A program made the translations under genes and the position numbers. A model generated the notes under the pieces. It was given only the letters and a program-made list of their open reading frames with translations, had not been told where the DNA came from and made no database searches. From positions 64,001 through 128,000 of the forward strand of contig CAVPRW010000045.1 in the NCBI GenBank assembly GCA_963707985.1: 64,000 nucleotides of DNA, in the 5' to 3' direction. Below are positions 44,665-56,969 of the stretch, one piece after another; positions within the stretch are counted from its first letter, which is position 1; each line of letters begins with the position of its first letter. Source of the stretch: an uncultured Nitrospinota bacterium (lineage in GTDB: Bacteria; Tectomicrobia; Entotheonellia; J063; CAVPRW01).

Positions 44665-47489
44665 GTAACCGTTCACGTGGGTGACCCAACAATGGTGGCG
44701 TGCTGACATCGATCTTCTAGACCCTCCTGTGGCCATGGACACCAGGCCCCCGTGGCCCCAAGGGATCTGGGAGCGGACGCCTGTCGAGGCCCAGGAGGAG
44801 ATCCGCGCGCTCGAAGCGGGCGTGGCCGGGCTGGAGGCGAGCGGGCCGCCCGTGCAGGCCACGATCGAGCCGTTGACGGAGCGCCGGGAGCACACCGCGC
44901 GCCCCTCGTCGCGGCCGCCCGCGAGCGATCCGCCCCACGCCTGGGGCAACCGGCCGCCGGGCCCTGCAGGGCAGGCCCGGGTCGTGGTGCCGGTGGCGGA
45001 GGTGGACGTCGTTGGCCCCATCAAGCCGGCGCGCTGTCACCGCTGTCAGCACCGGTGGGGGGGGGGAAGCCCCATAGGCGCGAACTTAAGGTTATTCCCT
45101 ACGCGTGCCGCCTTCATGCCGCCGCCTGCTCGATGGCGGGCAACACGAGCGCACGGCCTGTGAGCCAGGCCCGTATGGTTGTTTCCTGCGGCTCTCGGCG
45201 GCGTGGGCTGAGCCCCACCAAGCGACGCAAGCGTGGCACGCCTGTCTGCACCCGTGCCTGCGACCACGTCCCCTAGACATGCTGCCGCAGGGTATCGAGG
45301 CCGAGGCCGGTCAGCACCCAACGACTGACCGGCCGAGGCGTCCTGGGCGTGTCGGTGGGCAAGTGAGCCCGGCTCATGGCCATCGCCTCTTCTGGCAAGG
45401 CCCAGGCCATGAGCCACGCCCGGACCGTGGCTTCCACACTGGTGGGGGGGGTACTCCGGATGTGATGGAGCTGGAGCAACGGTTTCATTCGTTGACACAC
45501 GAGTTCCACGGGCCAGCGTGCCCGATACAGGCGCAGGACGTCGCCCAGCGACCACGCAGTGGCGGCCAGCGTGGGGACGAGTCGCACCCACGCCGCCAGG
45601 CGTCACGCCGTCGCGCTCGGCGTCCGCCCCTGCGTTTGGGCCTGGTGCCGCACCCGTCGCCGGGCGATGGCCGCGGCCGCGGGCGGGAGCTCAGCGGCCA
45701 ACAGCCGGACGGCATCGCGCTGGTGCTGCCAGGCGCACCACCCATGCCATGCCCGCGTGGCCGGGCCTGGCGGCTGCAGCCATGGCACGACCTCGAAGGC
45801 CTCCCCCGCCACCGTGTCCAGCGGGAAGGTGGCGGGTGTGCCCCGCAGCACACTGTGCGCCTGCGGGTGGGTCGCGCTGGCGACGCTCGCACGGTCGCCA
45901 GCGCCGTGGTCGGCGACCGCGAGGTCACCGGGCTGCAGGGCAACGGGCGCCAGACGTTCGCCCCCGTACCGATCCGTCACACGGACCTGGGCGAGCCGGC
46001 CCGCGGTGCAGTCATACGCCACAGGCAGCCGCCAGTCGTCCCCCGTGCCGCCCGGCTGCCGGAGCGTGCTCGCCTCCACGCGCAGCACACGGCCCCGAGG
46101 GCAGGAGGACTGCGGGGCGACCGCCCGTGGGGTGGCCCCCAAGGCGCTCAGGCGCCAGAGCCACCAGGGATGACAGGCCCGCAACCGTTTGCGCCAGGCG
46201 GTCTCTGCGAGATCCGCGAGCCCGATCAGCACGGCCCAAGCGCCGAGACGCCGGGTCGACAGGGCGCCTAGGACATCGGCCAGCACCGCCCGCAAGAGGT
46301 CGACCGGGGTGGCGAGGCCGCGCACCCGTTGGAAGGCTTGATGCGTGCGGGCCTGGGCGGCGAGAATCCGCAGGCAACCGTGGCACCACCTCATGGGCCC
46401 ACGTCTCCTCCACGAGCGCCAGTGGTGCCTCACCGGGACGATCGGTCTGATGGGTCAAGACCCGCAGAGACACCTCCGGAAGATGGTCATGGTCTGGCCA
46501 CCATCATCTGAGCGGAAGGCCTGTGCTGGCCCTAGTCTCCATTGTTGAGGCGCTTCAGTTCGCGCCTATGGGGGAAGCCCCCCAGCCCCCGCGGCATCAA
46601 GTGCCCGAGATCCCGCCCGGGCATCCCGTCGTGACCGCGTCGCAGGTGCACCGCTTGGTCGGTCCGGCCTGTGTCGAAACGGCCCCCCCCGCCCCTCCGG
46701 CCGCCGCTGTGGACGAGACCGGGTGGCGCGAAGGCCGGCAGCGGGCGTGGCGGTGGACGGCGGTCACGGCGGGCGTCACCGTGTGGGGGATCCGCGTGTC
46801 GCGTGGTGGTCACGTCGCGCGAGCACGCTTGGGGGAGCGCGGCTGGGGGTGGTGGGTGACGGATCGCTGGCGCGCCGACACCGGGGATCCGACGTGGCGA
46901 CGGCCGGTGTGCTGGGCGCCTCTGCGGCGCGACAGCGACGCCATGAGCGCACGTGGGGGGCGCTCCCGTGCGCTGGGGGCAGCCGTGCAGGCGCCAGCCC
47001 GGCCGATGGGCCCCTGGTGGCCTCGCGTCCGCGACGGCCCGTGGGCCCATCGGCCCGTGGCCAGCGCTCGGTGGCCTGTGCGGCAGGCCGTGGAGCGGCG
47101 GCTGGACGCAGGCCCGACGGGTGGGGTGCCCAACACGGCGGGCAGGTGCCGGGAGCGGTGCACGCGGCGGTGGGCCCTGGGGACCTTCGTTCGGAACGCC
47201 GGGGGGGCGCCCACGCACCACGCCGCCGAGCGCGCGATTCGGCCTGGGGGCCTCTGGCGCCAGGGGCGCTGGGGCACCCAGCGCGCGGCAGGGTGTCGCG
47301 TGGTCGACACGAGGCTGACGGGGGTCGCCACGCTGAAGCCGCCGCATCGCCAGGTCCTCGACGCTGACACCGCCGCCTGTGAGGCCGCGCTCTGGGGGGA
47401 GCCGGCGCCGTCCGTCCTGCCCCTCCCTGCCAACAGCGAATAGGGCATGCGTCCTGCCGCAGAGCTCCGTACCCCAGGTGAACGCTTAC
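44665..47489 (+). mobile_element. IS66-family element, highly degenerate
   Basis: IRs GTAACCGTTCAC / GTGAACGCTTAC; motifs VDETGWR and AAERAIRP. Confidence 0.85.
45073..46570 (-). mobile_element. IS4-like IS nested in IS66, degenerate
   Basis: IRs CATAGGCGCGAACT / AGTTCGCGCCTATG; 10-bp target duplication GGGGAAGCCC; YRARWPVEL. Confidence 0.85.
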
Positions 47490-47794
47490 CTGAAACATTG
47501 CCCGAAAATTTCAATACATTGCTGAAGCCCTGGAAAAATACCGGCTTCGAAGAAGGCAAGGGCGCAGAAACCGGCCGCGACTGAGGATGGCAAGAAGCGA
47601 CCTCCCGGTTGCGTATCCACGCACAGATCTCGCGTTGCTGATCCAGACGGCTCAGCAACGTTTTTGGATCACCGGGAGGCCGAAGCTCTATACCAGACAT
47701 GGCGGCTTTTGCAAGGGCTCGTAGACCCCGCACCTTGTGGCCTGTACCGTATGCCCCTCCCTACCCATGTGAGCGGCTACAGCGGGGAGGCGCC

Positions 47795-49054
47795 ATGCAG
47801 ACTCGCACCTTACAGACGTGGATCGCACGTCGTATCTCAGTCCGACCACGTCTCGAATGGGTCTGCGTCAGCTCTCGACTCGTTCTGACGGTCGTCACCC
47901 GGAAACACGCCCTCGAAGAAGCCGCTCGCGTTTCGGGAGGGAACAAATCACCATGCTGTAAGTTGCGAAAGTACCACCCCAACGTTGCCATCTCTACGTG
48001 ACAAAAGCTTTCCAAGCGTCAAGCCAAGCAATTTTCGAACACGCGACAAGGCTTCAAAGGTCTGCCCTGGAAGATTGCACTCCTGATGGATAGCACGATC
48101 CAACATCGTGCCAGTTTGCATCCGGAAAACGCCAAACGACTCAATCATGGCAAGGGGTTCGTCATCGGTCATCAGGGGACGAAGATGGTGCTGAGCATCC
48201 ATGACATCCTCATTCCCCTTCCGCCTCTCCCCTCCTAGAGCACACGGTCTTGCCTAGAGCATCATCGTGATGATCGAACCGAGCAGGAGCTCGTCGTCGA
48301 TGACCTCAGCACGTTAAACTTGGAAGATGAGATCGGTTCTTATGAGCCGTATGACGTGATCGTGTTAGCCGAGAGCGACTATGATGATAACAAGATCGAA
48401 AAGGCGATTGCCAATAAACGTTGGCACTTCATTCTCGCATTCAGTAAAACACGAAGTGTCACATCTGCAACGCTCTCCCTGACGACGCCACCGTCACAAC
48501 GGTGGTGTCAGATTGCCCTGTTCTGTCGCCATCATCGCAGGCTTAAGTGGTACACCAGTCGTCGCATGACGACTGGCGCCAAACGCAAGCGCCTGGCATG
48601 TCGCAGACGACACACCCTCGGCTACCTGCGCTACGTCGGGAAAGTGCACTTGGTGTGCTCGGAAGCCAAAACACGACCGGATGGTCGCCGGCAGTACTGC
48701 GCCTGTCATGGTGTCACCGCGACGGCACGCCAAAGCGTGTGGGGGGATCGTCTGCGCTGGGCCGTGGAGCTGTTTCATAAAGACGTCACGAGGCACCTGG
48801 GTTGTGAGGATGTCGCCACGCGCGAGTTTGACTCTGGGCGCTCCCACGTCCACTGGGTGTATGGCGCTGATCGCTTCCTCCACATGTCACCGCCTGGAGT
48901 GCCTCGAGACGTGAAGACCATCGGCGAAAAACAGCGTCAAATCCAGGGCAATCTTGAGCACAAAGCAAAACGCCGCATCCTTCAGAAGTTGACCCAGATG
49001 GGCGGGGTCGACCGCTATCCCGATGAGCTGCGGCAGGCTCTAGCAGGCACCTGA
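47795..49054 (+). pseudogene. DDE transposase (IS701-like) with in-frame stops
   Basis: MQTRTL..LLMDSTIQ..GFVIGHQ..LAESDYD..RWAVELFHKDV. Confidence 0.75.
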
Positions 49055-49432
49055 TGCCTTGTCGGCCTGAGTTTATGCGGCGCGTCAAGGCTCGACCACA
49101 TTTTTCGAGCAGCATTTAAGTTTTTAGGCATGCGCAGGGGGTATGCGGCCGGCCCGCACATGTATGCGAAGGACCTTCGGCAGTGGCAGGTCTGGTAAAC
49201 GCTGGCCCGTTCTGCTTTGGAAACCTTCGGCATCATCCCCGATGCGCTGCCGGCCGGCAGCAGCTGCGTCAGGGCCTTCCCCACGCGGGGCTGCAAGTGC
49301 GCCGAACTAGCACAGGCACCGGAGCGGCGATCGCGAGTGTCGTCTGTGTCCCTCAATCACATCATCGCCGTCTGGTGATGTGGGGCGATACGCCGCACAA
49401 GCTCCAGTGCGCGACACGGAAGGAAGAGGTCC

Positions 49433-50008
49433 ATGAGACACACGCGCATCATCGTCACGCACTACGGCGGCCCCGAGGAACTTCGGGTGGTTGAAGAAGA
49501 GTGCCCCACGCCGAAGCACGGTGCGGTGCGGGTGAGAGTGCTGACCGCGGGTGTTTCCTTGCCCGACCTGATGATGCGCGAGGGCATTCATCCCGAAACG
49601 CCCCCGCTGCCATTCACGCCGGGGTGGGACCTGATTGGCGTCGTGGATCGGCTCGGCGACGGTATCGCTGGAATCGAACCGGGTCAGACAGTGGCCGCGC
49701 TGCCGATCACCGGCGCGTATGCGGAGGTCGTCTGCCGGCCGCCACGTGAGCTGGTTCCGGTGCCCTCTGGGTTGGACGCCGCCGAGGCGGTCAGCCTCGT
49801 GCTGAACTACGTCACGGCGTCCCAGATGCTGCATCGATCCACGAAGGTCAGCGCGGGCCAGCGCGTGTTGATTCACGGCGCGGCAGGCGGAGTCGGCTCG
49901 GCACTCTTGCAGCTCGGACGTCTTGCCGGGCTGGAGATGTACGGTACGTGCTCATCGCGAGGGGCGTCCGCCGTTTCCGACCTGGGCGGTATCCCGATTG
50001 ATTCCTGA
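49433..50008 (+). pseudogene. MDR-family (quinone oxidoreductase-like) dehydrogenase, 3'-truncated by an IS
   Basis: YGGPEEL; PFTPGWD; VLIHGAAGGVGSALLQL; ends at the IS junction. Confidence 0.88.
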
Positions 50009-51730
50009 AATTCCAAGATAAGGATCAATCATGGGATGTGAGCTTGTATTGGGCCAGGATCTCCTGATGTGTCCCAATACCTGGGGGCACCTCCTTGAGC
50101 TTGACCCCCAGCAGGAGGACGAGTTCGGCCAGAGGAACGATGCCGTAGTCGCCTTGGGCACACACGATGACCTGGTCCCGGTGCTGTTGGCAGAGCTGGC
50201 GCCGCCAGCACTGCCAGCCCACCGGCTCCGTCCCGGCTTCAACGGCTTCAGACCGCAGCCGAGAGGCCGTCGCCAGCCCGAACAGGAGCAGGGTCAACCC
50301 GACGTGAACCCGCAGGGCCCGCGCCGTGTTCTGGGGCGGATGGCGCAGGCTCCATGGCTGTGGGCTTGCCTTGATACAGCCGTGCTCCATGCGACGCCGC
50401 TCATCGTCGTCATCAAAGGGTTGCAACGGCTGCGGCACGGAGGCATGCGTCAGGAACACGGTTGTGCCCCCCGGCCCAAAGGCCTGCCCCTGCCCCTGCC
50501 GCACGACCACGGCGTTGATCGGGTTGGCCTGGCAGTCACGGCGATGGCGGGGGCCTCCAGGCGCGGGCGTGCCATCCTGATCGTCGCTCGTCAGGCCGGC
50601 CATGCCGACGACCTCCGTCTCCAGCCGTTCCTGCCAGGCAGCCTGGCCCTGTCGATGGTGGACGGTGTGCACCCGGCATCCGACGGGGAATCCGTCGCTG
50701 GCGGCGGCCAGGCCCCGGGCGTCCGCGGTGACGGCCATGTCCTCTTGGGCCGGTACCACGCCGATGAGGCCGTGTGGGTCCAGCCACCACAGCTCGGTCC
50801 CCGCCCACAAGCCGCGATCACAGACCACCTGGTGCAGGTGGGCCTAGCCCGCCAGATTCGCCCGGGCCTGGGTGAGCAGGGCCCGCCGCGAGAGCCCTTC
50901 AGGCGCCTGGATCTGCACCACCGTCACCGCCAGGGGAAGCTTGGTGCGGGCATCGATCAAGACGATCGCGTTCCAGCCGTCGACCGTCACCTCGATCGTG
51001 CGCACCTGGCCAGGCGTGTCGGTGAGCTTCCGTGGCCGGGTGACCTGGCCACAGCCCTCGGACGGCGCCGTCGTCTCCAGAGCGGGGCCATCCACACTCC
51101 CCGTCACCTTCGCCCGCAACAGCCCCGCCTTGGCCAGGGCCCGGATCACCCCGTGGAACAAGACCTCCAACGCCCGCCAATCCAGCTTGACGAGGTTATG
51201 CGCCAGGGCCTGCGGGCCGATCGGGCCGGCCGTGCGCGGCCCCTGCCGCTTGGCCGCGCCCCGTGGGCCCACCCCGTGCCGCACCTGGTGGGCCTTGAAG
51301 CCCACCCAGCGCCTGCTCGCCGCATCGCTGACCAGCCACTCCGCCAGGGCATGCAGGCGCTCCAGGCCCACCAGCGTCTTCAGTCCGTCCCGCAGGACAT
51401 ATTGGCCCCATGGGCACCATCTCACGCGTGATGCCCTGGCCCCGGACGTCCTCCAGCCAGTCGGCGATCCCCCACTCCCGGAGGACGTGAAAGCACTCCT
51501 CCAGCAAGGCTCCCGCGTCCAAGGGGTACACCCCGTCTACCAGTGGCTTGCGGTACAGGCGCCGCGCCACGCGCACCTCATCTCGGCGCGCCACTGGCCA
51601 ACACCACCGTTCCACCAGGTTCGTCGTGATCGCTTCCCGTGTCTGCTCCATGGTCCACCTCCCTCTCTTGAAGGCTTCTGCTCTCGAGGAACGTGGAGCA
51701 CAGATCAAGCGTGCCCATGGATAGTCAGGA
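50003..51730 (-). mobile_element. DDE IS, degenerate
   Basis: Weak IRs CCTGA..TCCA; motifs VDGPALET and VCDRG; several stops and frameshifts. Confidence 0.75.
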
Positions 51731-52920
51731 AACGTCCGGTCCATCCATTGGTCACACACATCATGGAGACACAGGTTGGCCCACAAGGGCGAGACGCCGC
51801 CGCCCTGCGGGGTGCCCTGCTCGGGGTACGTGAGGGTGTCCCCGTCCAGCTCGCCCGCCTGCCGCCATGTCCCGATGAGACGCCGTAGGCGCCCGTCCTT
51901 GACCCGTTTCCGCATGACGTCGCGTCACAGGCCATGGTCCAGATTGTCGAAGCCTCCACGCACCTCGGCCTCCACGCTCCAGTCGCTGGTCACGTCCAGG
52001 CCCTGCTCCCGCAACGCCTGCCGCGCCTGGTGCGGGCTGTGGCCTTCCCGCCAGCCGGGGGCGCCGTCCTGAACGTCCTGCGCAGAGCCCGCGCCCCCCA
52101 GCCTCGTCACCGCCCGCTGGACGATGTTGTCCTCGCCCACCGGCATCCCGAGCGGTCGTTGGCTGCCCTCCGCCTTGTCGAGCCACGTCCGCTTCACCGG
52201 CGGCGCCGTCTAGCGCCCCCTCCGCCGGCGCGCGTACCGGTCGGTGAGGTGCGCCTCCAGGGGTTCCGCCTATGCCGCCGCGGGCACCCCATCGACTCCC
52301 GGCGTCGCCTCTTGGCAGGTCCGGTACTCGGCTTCCCGCAGCCAGTCGAGGTCCCTCAGGTGGGCCAGCGTCGTGCACACCAGCGTGGGAGACTGGCTCG
52401 CCTGCTGTGCGCTCCGCTGGAGTGTCGTGGAGTTGGTGGGTGGCCTCAACGTGCCTCCCCTCCTGCCTCCCAGGAGACCGTGCTGCCCGGCGTCGCCTGC
52501 CCTCCCGGGGGTCCCGTGGGCCGCAGTTCCCCACCGTCCCGGCCCGCTGGGGTAGCCCACAGCCCCTCGGGACGACGCGCCGCGACGACTGCCACGACGC
52601 CGTCTCGGCGTCCTGCGGTGGTCCCTCGTGCGCCGAGACCCCCGGGTGATCCGCTGCGGCACTCCAGCCAGGTCCCCGGACCACGCCACCCGGCTGGGCT
52701 CGGCGGGGTTCTCCCCCGGCTCCCCGATCCGGCCATGCCCCAGGAGCGTCGTGGCGCTCCCACGTGCAGTGACCCCTCTGCTGCCATGCCCCGCTCTCAG
52801 ACCCCGGTGGTGTCCTGGGCACTCGCCCTGGCGCACCCGGGACTGCTGCCTTCCGGCGCATGCAAGCCGTCGGTGTTCCCCTCCATCCCGCGGAGGGTGA
52901 TCCGGTGGTCCACCACTCGA
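51731..52920 (-). mobile_element. Group II intron remnant (partial RNA domains plus RT N-terminal part)
   Basis: QRPLGMP..EDNIVQRAV; GFDNLDH; GTPQGGGVSPLWANL; YADD region lost; both ends cut by ISs. Confidence 0.85.
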
Positions 52921-52927
52921 TAGACCT

Positions 52928-54163
52928 TAAGAAAAAGATTTTCTGCGGAACAGAGAAATGAATGATTCCAGTTGAGGACGGCGTGACGTGAGACCCCCCC
53001 TCAGGGTATTTCCCTCTGCCAACAGGCCACGCGCGTTTCCGAAGCAGAGAATCCCTCTGTGCGCCTTTCGTGTGACGGGCTCCCGACACGCTCGGCAAGC
53101 CCTCGAACGTCCACGGCACACCGCCCAGCCGGTGGGCAAGTGGCCCGACGGCACAGGCCTGCTCGCCATCCTGGCCAGCACTGCGGGTCAGAGCGGTGCG
53201 CCCGTCGCGCTGACGCGGCGTATCACCCCCAAGACCGTGCACCCGTGGGTGCGCCTGTGGCTGGTGGCAGGCCGCAACGGCCTGAGGTGGAAACAGCCCC
53301 CTGGGCGCCCCCCGAAACTGACCACCACCCAGCCACACCCCCTGGCCGCACGGCGGGACGAGGGGCCAGGGCCGGCGGGTGTGGCCTCCGCGTGCTGGCG
53401 TGCACCGCTGCTGCAGCCGTTGATCCACGAGCCCTTGGGGGGCTACGACAACGTCGGCGACAGCGCCCCGTGGCTCACGCCTCTCGGCTGTTCGCGACCA
53501 GCACGCCCCCGGTGGCGCCGCTCAGCGGCACGACGACACGCGCCAGGAGTGGTGCCACACCACCTGGCCCCAGATGCTCACCATGGCGAAAGCGACAAGC
53601 GCCTGGCGGTTGTGTGGCGATGCGGCCTCGTGCCCGCAGTGGGGGACCCTCGCCTACACCTGGGCACGGCGCGGCCACCCACCGGTGGTCACGACGTCGG
53701 GCAAGCGCAAGGGCGATCAAGTCTTCGGCGTGATCGAGGACTGCACCGGGCGCTTCTTCGATCCAGGTCAGGAGGGACGGCTCACCGCTGCGTCCGACAG
53801 CGCCTGTCGCACGCGCGTGTTGGCGCAGACCACCCAACACATCATGCTGATGCAAGATGGAGCGTCCTAGCATACCTCAGCCGCGATGCAGGCGTGCTTT
53901 GCCCACCACACGGCACGGCTTCAGGTCTTCCAACGGCCCGGCGATGCGCCGGATGACAATCCGATCGAGAAGGTGTGGAAGAAAATCAAGAACGAAGGAA
54001 CACATCTGCAGTACTTCCCAACCTGTGAAGCGCTCAAGGAGAAGGTCGAGCAGACGCTATGGCCGTGTGAGTCGACACCAGCGGCGATTCTGGCGTTGTG
54101 CAGTCTGCCGACGGAATTGGCCAAGGTCGCTTCAATGTGCTTACTCAGAAAATCTTTTTCTTA
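52928..54163 (+). mobile_element. IS630-family IS, degenerate
   Basis: TA-flanked IRs AGAAAAAGATTTTCTG / CAGAAAATCTTTTTCT; motifs QDGAS and PDDNPIEKVWK. Confidence 0.9.
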
Positions 54164-54166
54164 AAA

Positions 54167-54216
54167 CAATACCTCGGCCAATTAGATGAGGTTGACGACC
54201 TGGTTAACCCGCCCTA
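54167..54216 (-). repeat. 50-bp right-end remnant of the copy A/B IS
   Basis: Reverse complement of 7790-7839. Confidence 0.85.
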
Positions 54217-55727
54217 ATACTACAGTGGTAACAAACGCTCGAAGCTGGTATCTTGGTTCCGGACTCACAGAGGGAGGATGGAACCATGCGACAGATCGAT
54301 GACGCGACTGAGAGATCACTTTCGGCCCCGACTGACGCGACGGCCCACACGATCGAAGGCGGTCGGGCGTACATGGCGGACATGGCGCGGCGGCTGGCTC
54401 CCTATTTCACCCGTTCGCAGTCACGCCACCGGGTCGTGGCGTATCTGCGCGGCTTACTCAGTGAAGCAGAGCGCAAGAACAGTTGGCAAGTGGCGGAAGT
54501 CTGCGGCGAGTCGACTCCCTATGGCTTCCAGTACCTGTTGAGCCGTGCCGACTGGGACGCCGACGACGTCCGCGACGAGCTGCGCACCTATATCAGGCAA
54601 CATCTGGGGGATGCCACCGGCGTGCTGGTCCTCGACGAGACCGGGTTTCTCAAAAAAGGCCGCCACTCGGCCGGGGTCGCCCGGCAATATCGCGGCACGG
54701 CTGGGAACGTAGAGCACTGCCAAATCGGTGTGTTGGTGGGCTATGCCAGCCCGCTAGGCCATGCCCTGCTGGATCGGGAACTCTATCTGCCCAAGGAGTG
54801 GATACACGATCGGGAGCGCTGCCGGCAGGCCGGCATTCCGGACGACCGGCGCTTTGCGACCAAGCCGGAGTTGGCCCGGCAGATGCTGGCCCGCGCCTTC
54901 GCGGCCGGCGTGCCGGCGACATGGGTCACCGGCGACAGCGTGTACGGGGATCATCGCGAGCTGCGGCGGTGGCTGGAAGCCCAACCGCGGGCCTATGTGC
55001 TGGCGGTCTCGGGCACGGCATATGTGTGGCGCGGCGCACAGCCCCACCAGGTGAAAACGCTCCTGGCCCGCCTCCCCGCGAAGGGGTGGACACGCCTCAG
55101 TGCCGGCGACGGGGCGAAAGACCCCCGCTGGTATGACTGGCGCTGGCTGCCCCTGGCCGATCCGCCGGCGCCCGGCTGGCGCCGCTGGCTGCTGGTCCGG
55201 CGGAGTCTCGGCGAGCCCACGGACCTGACCGCGTCTGTGGTCTTTGCCCCGCAGGCAACCGCGTTGGAGGAGGTCGTGCCGGTGGCTGGGAGTCGCTGGA
55301 CCGTGGAGAGCGGCTTCGAGGCGGCCAAGGGGGAAGTGGGCTTGGATCACTATGAAGTGCGGAACTGGACGGGCTGGTATCGCCATATCACTCTCGCCCT
55401 GTGGGCTTACGCGCTCTTGGTTGTGATGCGGGCGGGACCCATCGCCGTGGAAGCGTGACAAAAAAAACCTGCTGCCAGCCCAGGAGCGGAGCACCCTGGC
55501 AGGGTGCAAGGCTCGGCAGGGCCTCGCCTCCCGCTGAGCGTCCCCGAGTTGCGGCGGCTGCTGTGGCGGTTCGTCTTGGCCGTGCCGCAGACCGTCCGTC
55601 ACATCCTGGCCTGGTCACAGTGGCGTCGCTGGCACCAGGCCGTCGCCCAGTATGACCATTATCAGTGTCGTCAGGCGCTCGTTGAGGCCGTGGCAGCATA
55701 ATCATCTTGTTACCGCTGTAGTACTAG
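54214..55727 (+). mobile_element. IS701-family IS (CDS 54286-55458 plus tail to 55701)
   Basis: Ends CTAATACTACAGTGGTAACAA / TTGTTACCGCTGTAGTACTAG; motifs VLDETGFLKKG, GDSVYG, RWTVESGFE..GLDHYEVR. Confidence 0.92.
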
Positions 55728-55840
55728 GGGGAAACCCGCAGAAACAGCTAGCCCCCCTCGTCCCGTCTCACCCGATCAGACGGCATGCAGCTGGGTTGCT
55801 TACGTCGCCAGGAATATGTCATCCGAAAGGTAGGTAAACG

Positions 55841-56650
55841 ATGCGCAACATCGCGTATACTGAACATCTGCTCGTTTCTCGTTGCCAGGGCGAGATACCG
55901 GTGATCCTCACCTGCCCTCACGGCGGCGATAAGCAACCGCCCGGCGTCCCCAACAGGCGCACAGGGGCGGAGCTGCCCTCCGCATGCCGGTTTGAAACAG
56001 ACACCGACCGTTTCACTCGCACGATCACCAGGGGACTAGCCCAGGTTCTGTTTGATGTCTTCGGAGAAACGCCATACGTTGTCATCGCCAACTTCGATCG
56101 CGCCTACATCGATGCCAACCGCTCGCCAAAGTGTGCATTTGAGGATCGGGACGCTCAACAATTCTACGAAGAGTATCACAACACCGTACGCAACTTCGTT
56201 GATGAGATTAGGGCGGAGAATGGCGGACTGGGGCTGCTTTTTGACATTCATGGGACTACACAGGTTGATCACGATCCCGCTGACGTATACTTGGGCACAC
56301 TCAACGGAGAAGCGATTTCCAGCCTGTTGAGCCGCGACTCGCGAGCCATGTCGCGCCAGCGCAGCCTGCCCGGCATACTGAGAGAGGCGGACTATGTAGT
56401 GTCAGCGAGGATTCCTGAAACACTACCCGGCGACTTCACCCTGGAATCCTATGGGAGTTCCAATGCGGACGGCGTGGACGCCATCCAGATCGAGATCGAG
56501 TCAACCCTCCGCACTGATACCATCAAGCGTGAGGTCTTCATTGATGATCTGGCATACGCCATCAGCAGCCTTATTGCGCGCTACGCGGATACGCCTACGC
56601 TTACCGCTTTTCGGAGCGCAAACTTCCTGCCGAGGCTGCAGCGAGGGTAA
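55841..56650 (+). CDS. N-formylglutamate amidohydrolase-family protein
   Basis: ILTCPHGG; RAYIDANR; LFDIHG; AIQIEIE. Confidence 0.8.
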   Translation: MRNIAYTEHLLVSRCQGEIPVILTCPHGGDKQPPGVPNRRTGAELPSACRFETDTDRFTRTITRGLAQVLFDVFGETPYVVIANFDRAYIDANRSPKCAFEDRDAQQFYEEYHNTVRNFVDEIRAENGGLGLLFDIHGTTQVDHDPADVYLGTLNGEAISSLLSRDSRAMSRQRSLPGILREADYVVSARIPETLPGDFTLESYGSSNADGVDAIQIEIESTLRTDTIKREVFIDDLAYAISSLIARYADTPTLTAFRSANFLPRLQRG

Positions 56651-56674
56651 AGCAAACGCTGCAGTGGAGTTCTA

Positions 56675-56845
56675 GGGGGAGTGGCGCTATCTAGATCGGG
56701 CAGTCGATAAGCAGGGCCAGGCCATTGACGTTCTCCTCACCGACCGGCAGCGCTACGCTTTCTGACAATAGCGATCCGCCACCACGGCATGCCTGAGAAG
56801 ATGACCATTGACGGCAGTGAGGCCAATGAAGCCGCCATTGTAGAA
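56675..56845 (+). pseudogene. IS6-family transposase fragment
   Basis: GEWRYLDRAVDKQGQAIDVLLT..AALRFL..PEKMTIDGSEANEAAI. Confidence 0.75.
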
Positions 56846-56969
56846 GGCAAACTTCTATCGTGAAGCTGTCCAGAAGATTTACTCTATGGAGGAGGAAACC
56901 TTTCGGCGGATACCCAGGGAAGGCGTGCTCCGCTGGGTTTCCGTGGCCTGTGTCAGTGAGCACTGCATT

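Noticed and set aside
51196..51915. RT-transposase fusion protein (239-aa ORF)
   Set aside because: A chance read-through across the junction where an IS truncated the intron RT; YADD is missing.
51731..52920. Retron, DGR or defence RT
   Set aside because: Motifs and the long upstream non-coding region fit a group II intron; no template/variable repeat pair or partner gene.
44599..53956. Many long Arg/Pro/Gly/Ala-rich ORFs (for example 51761-53428, 50031-51431, 45105-46271)
   Set aside because: Shadow frames of very GC-rich decayed IS and intron DNA that is depleted of stop codons.
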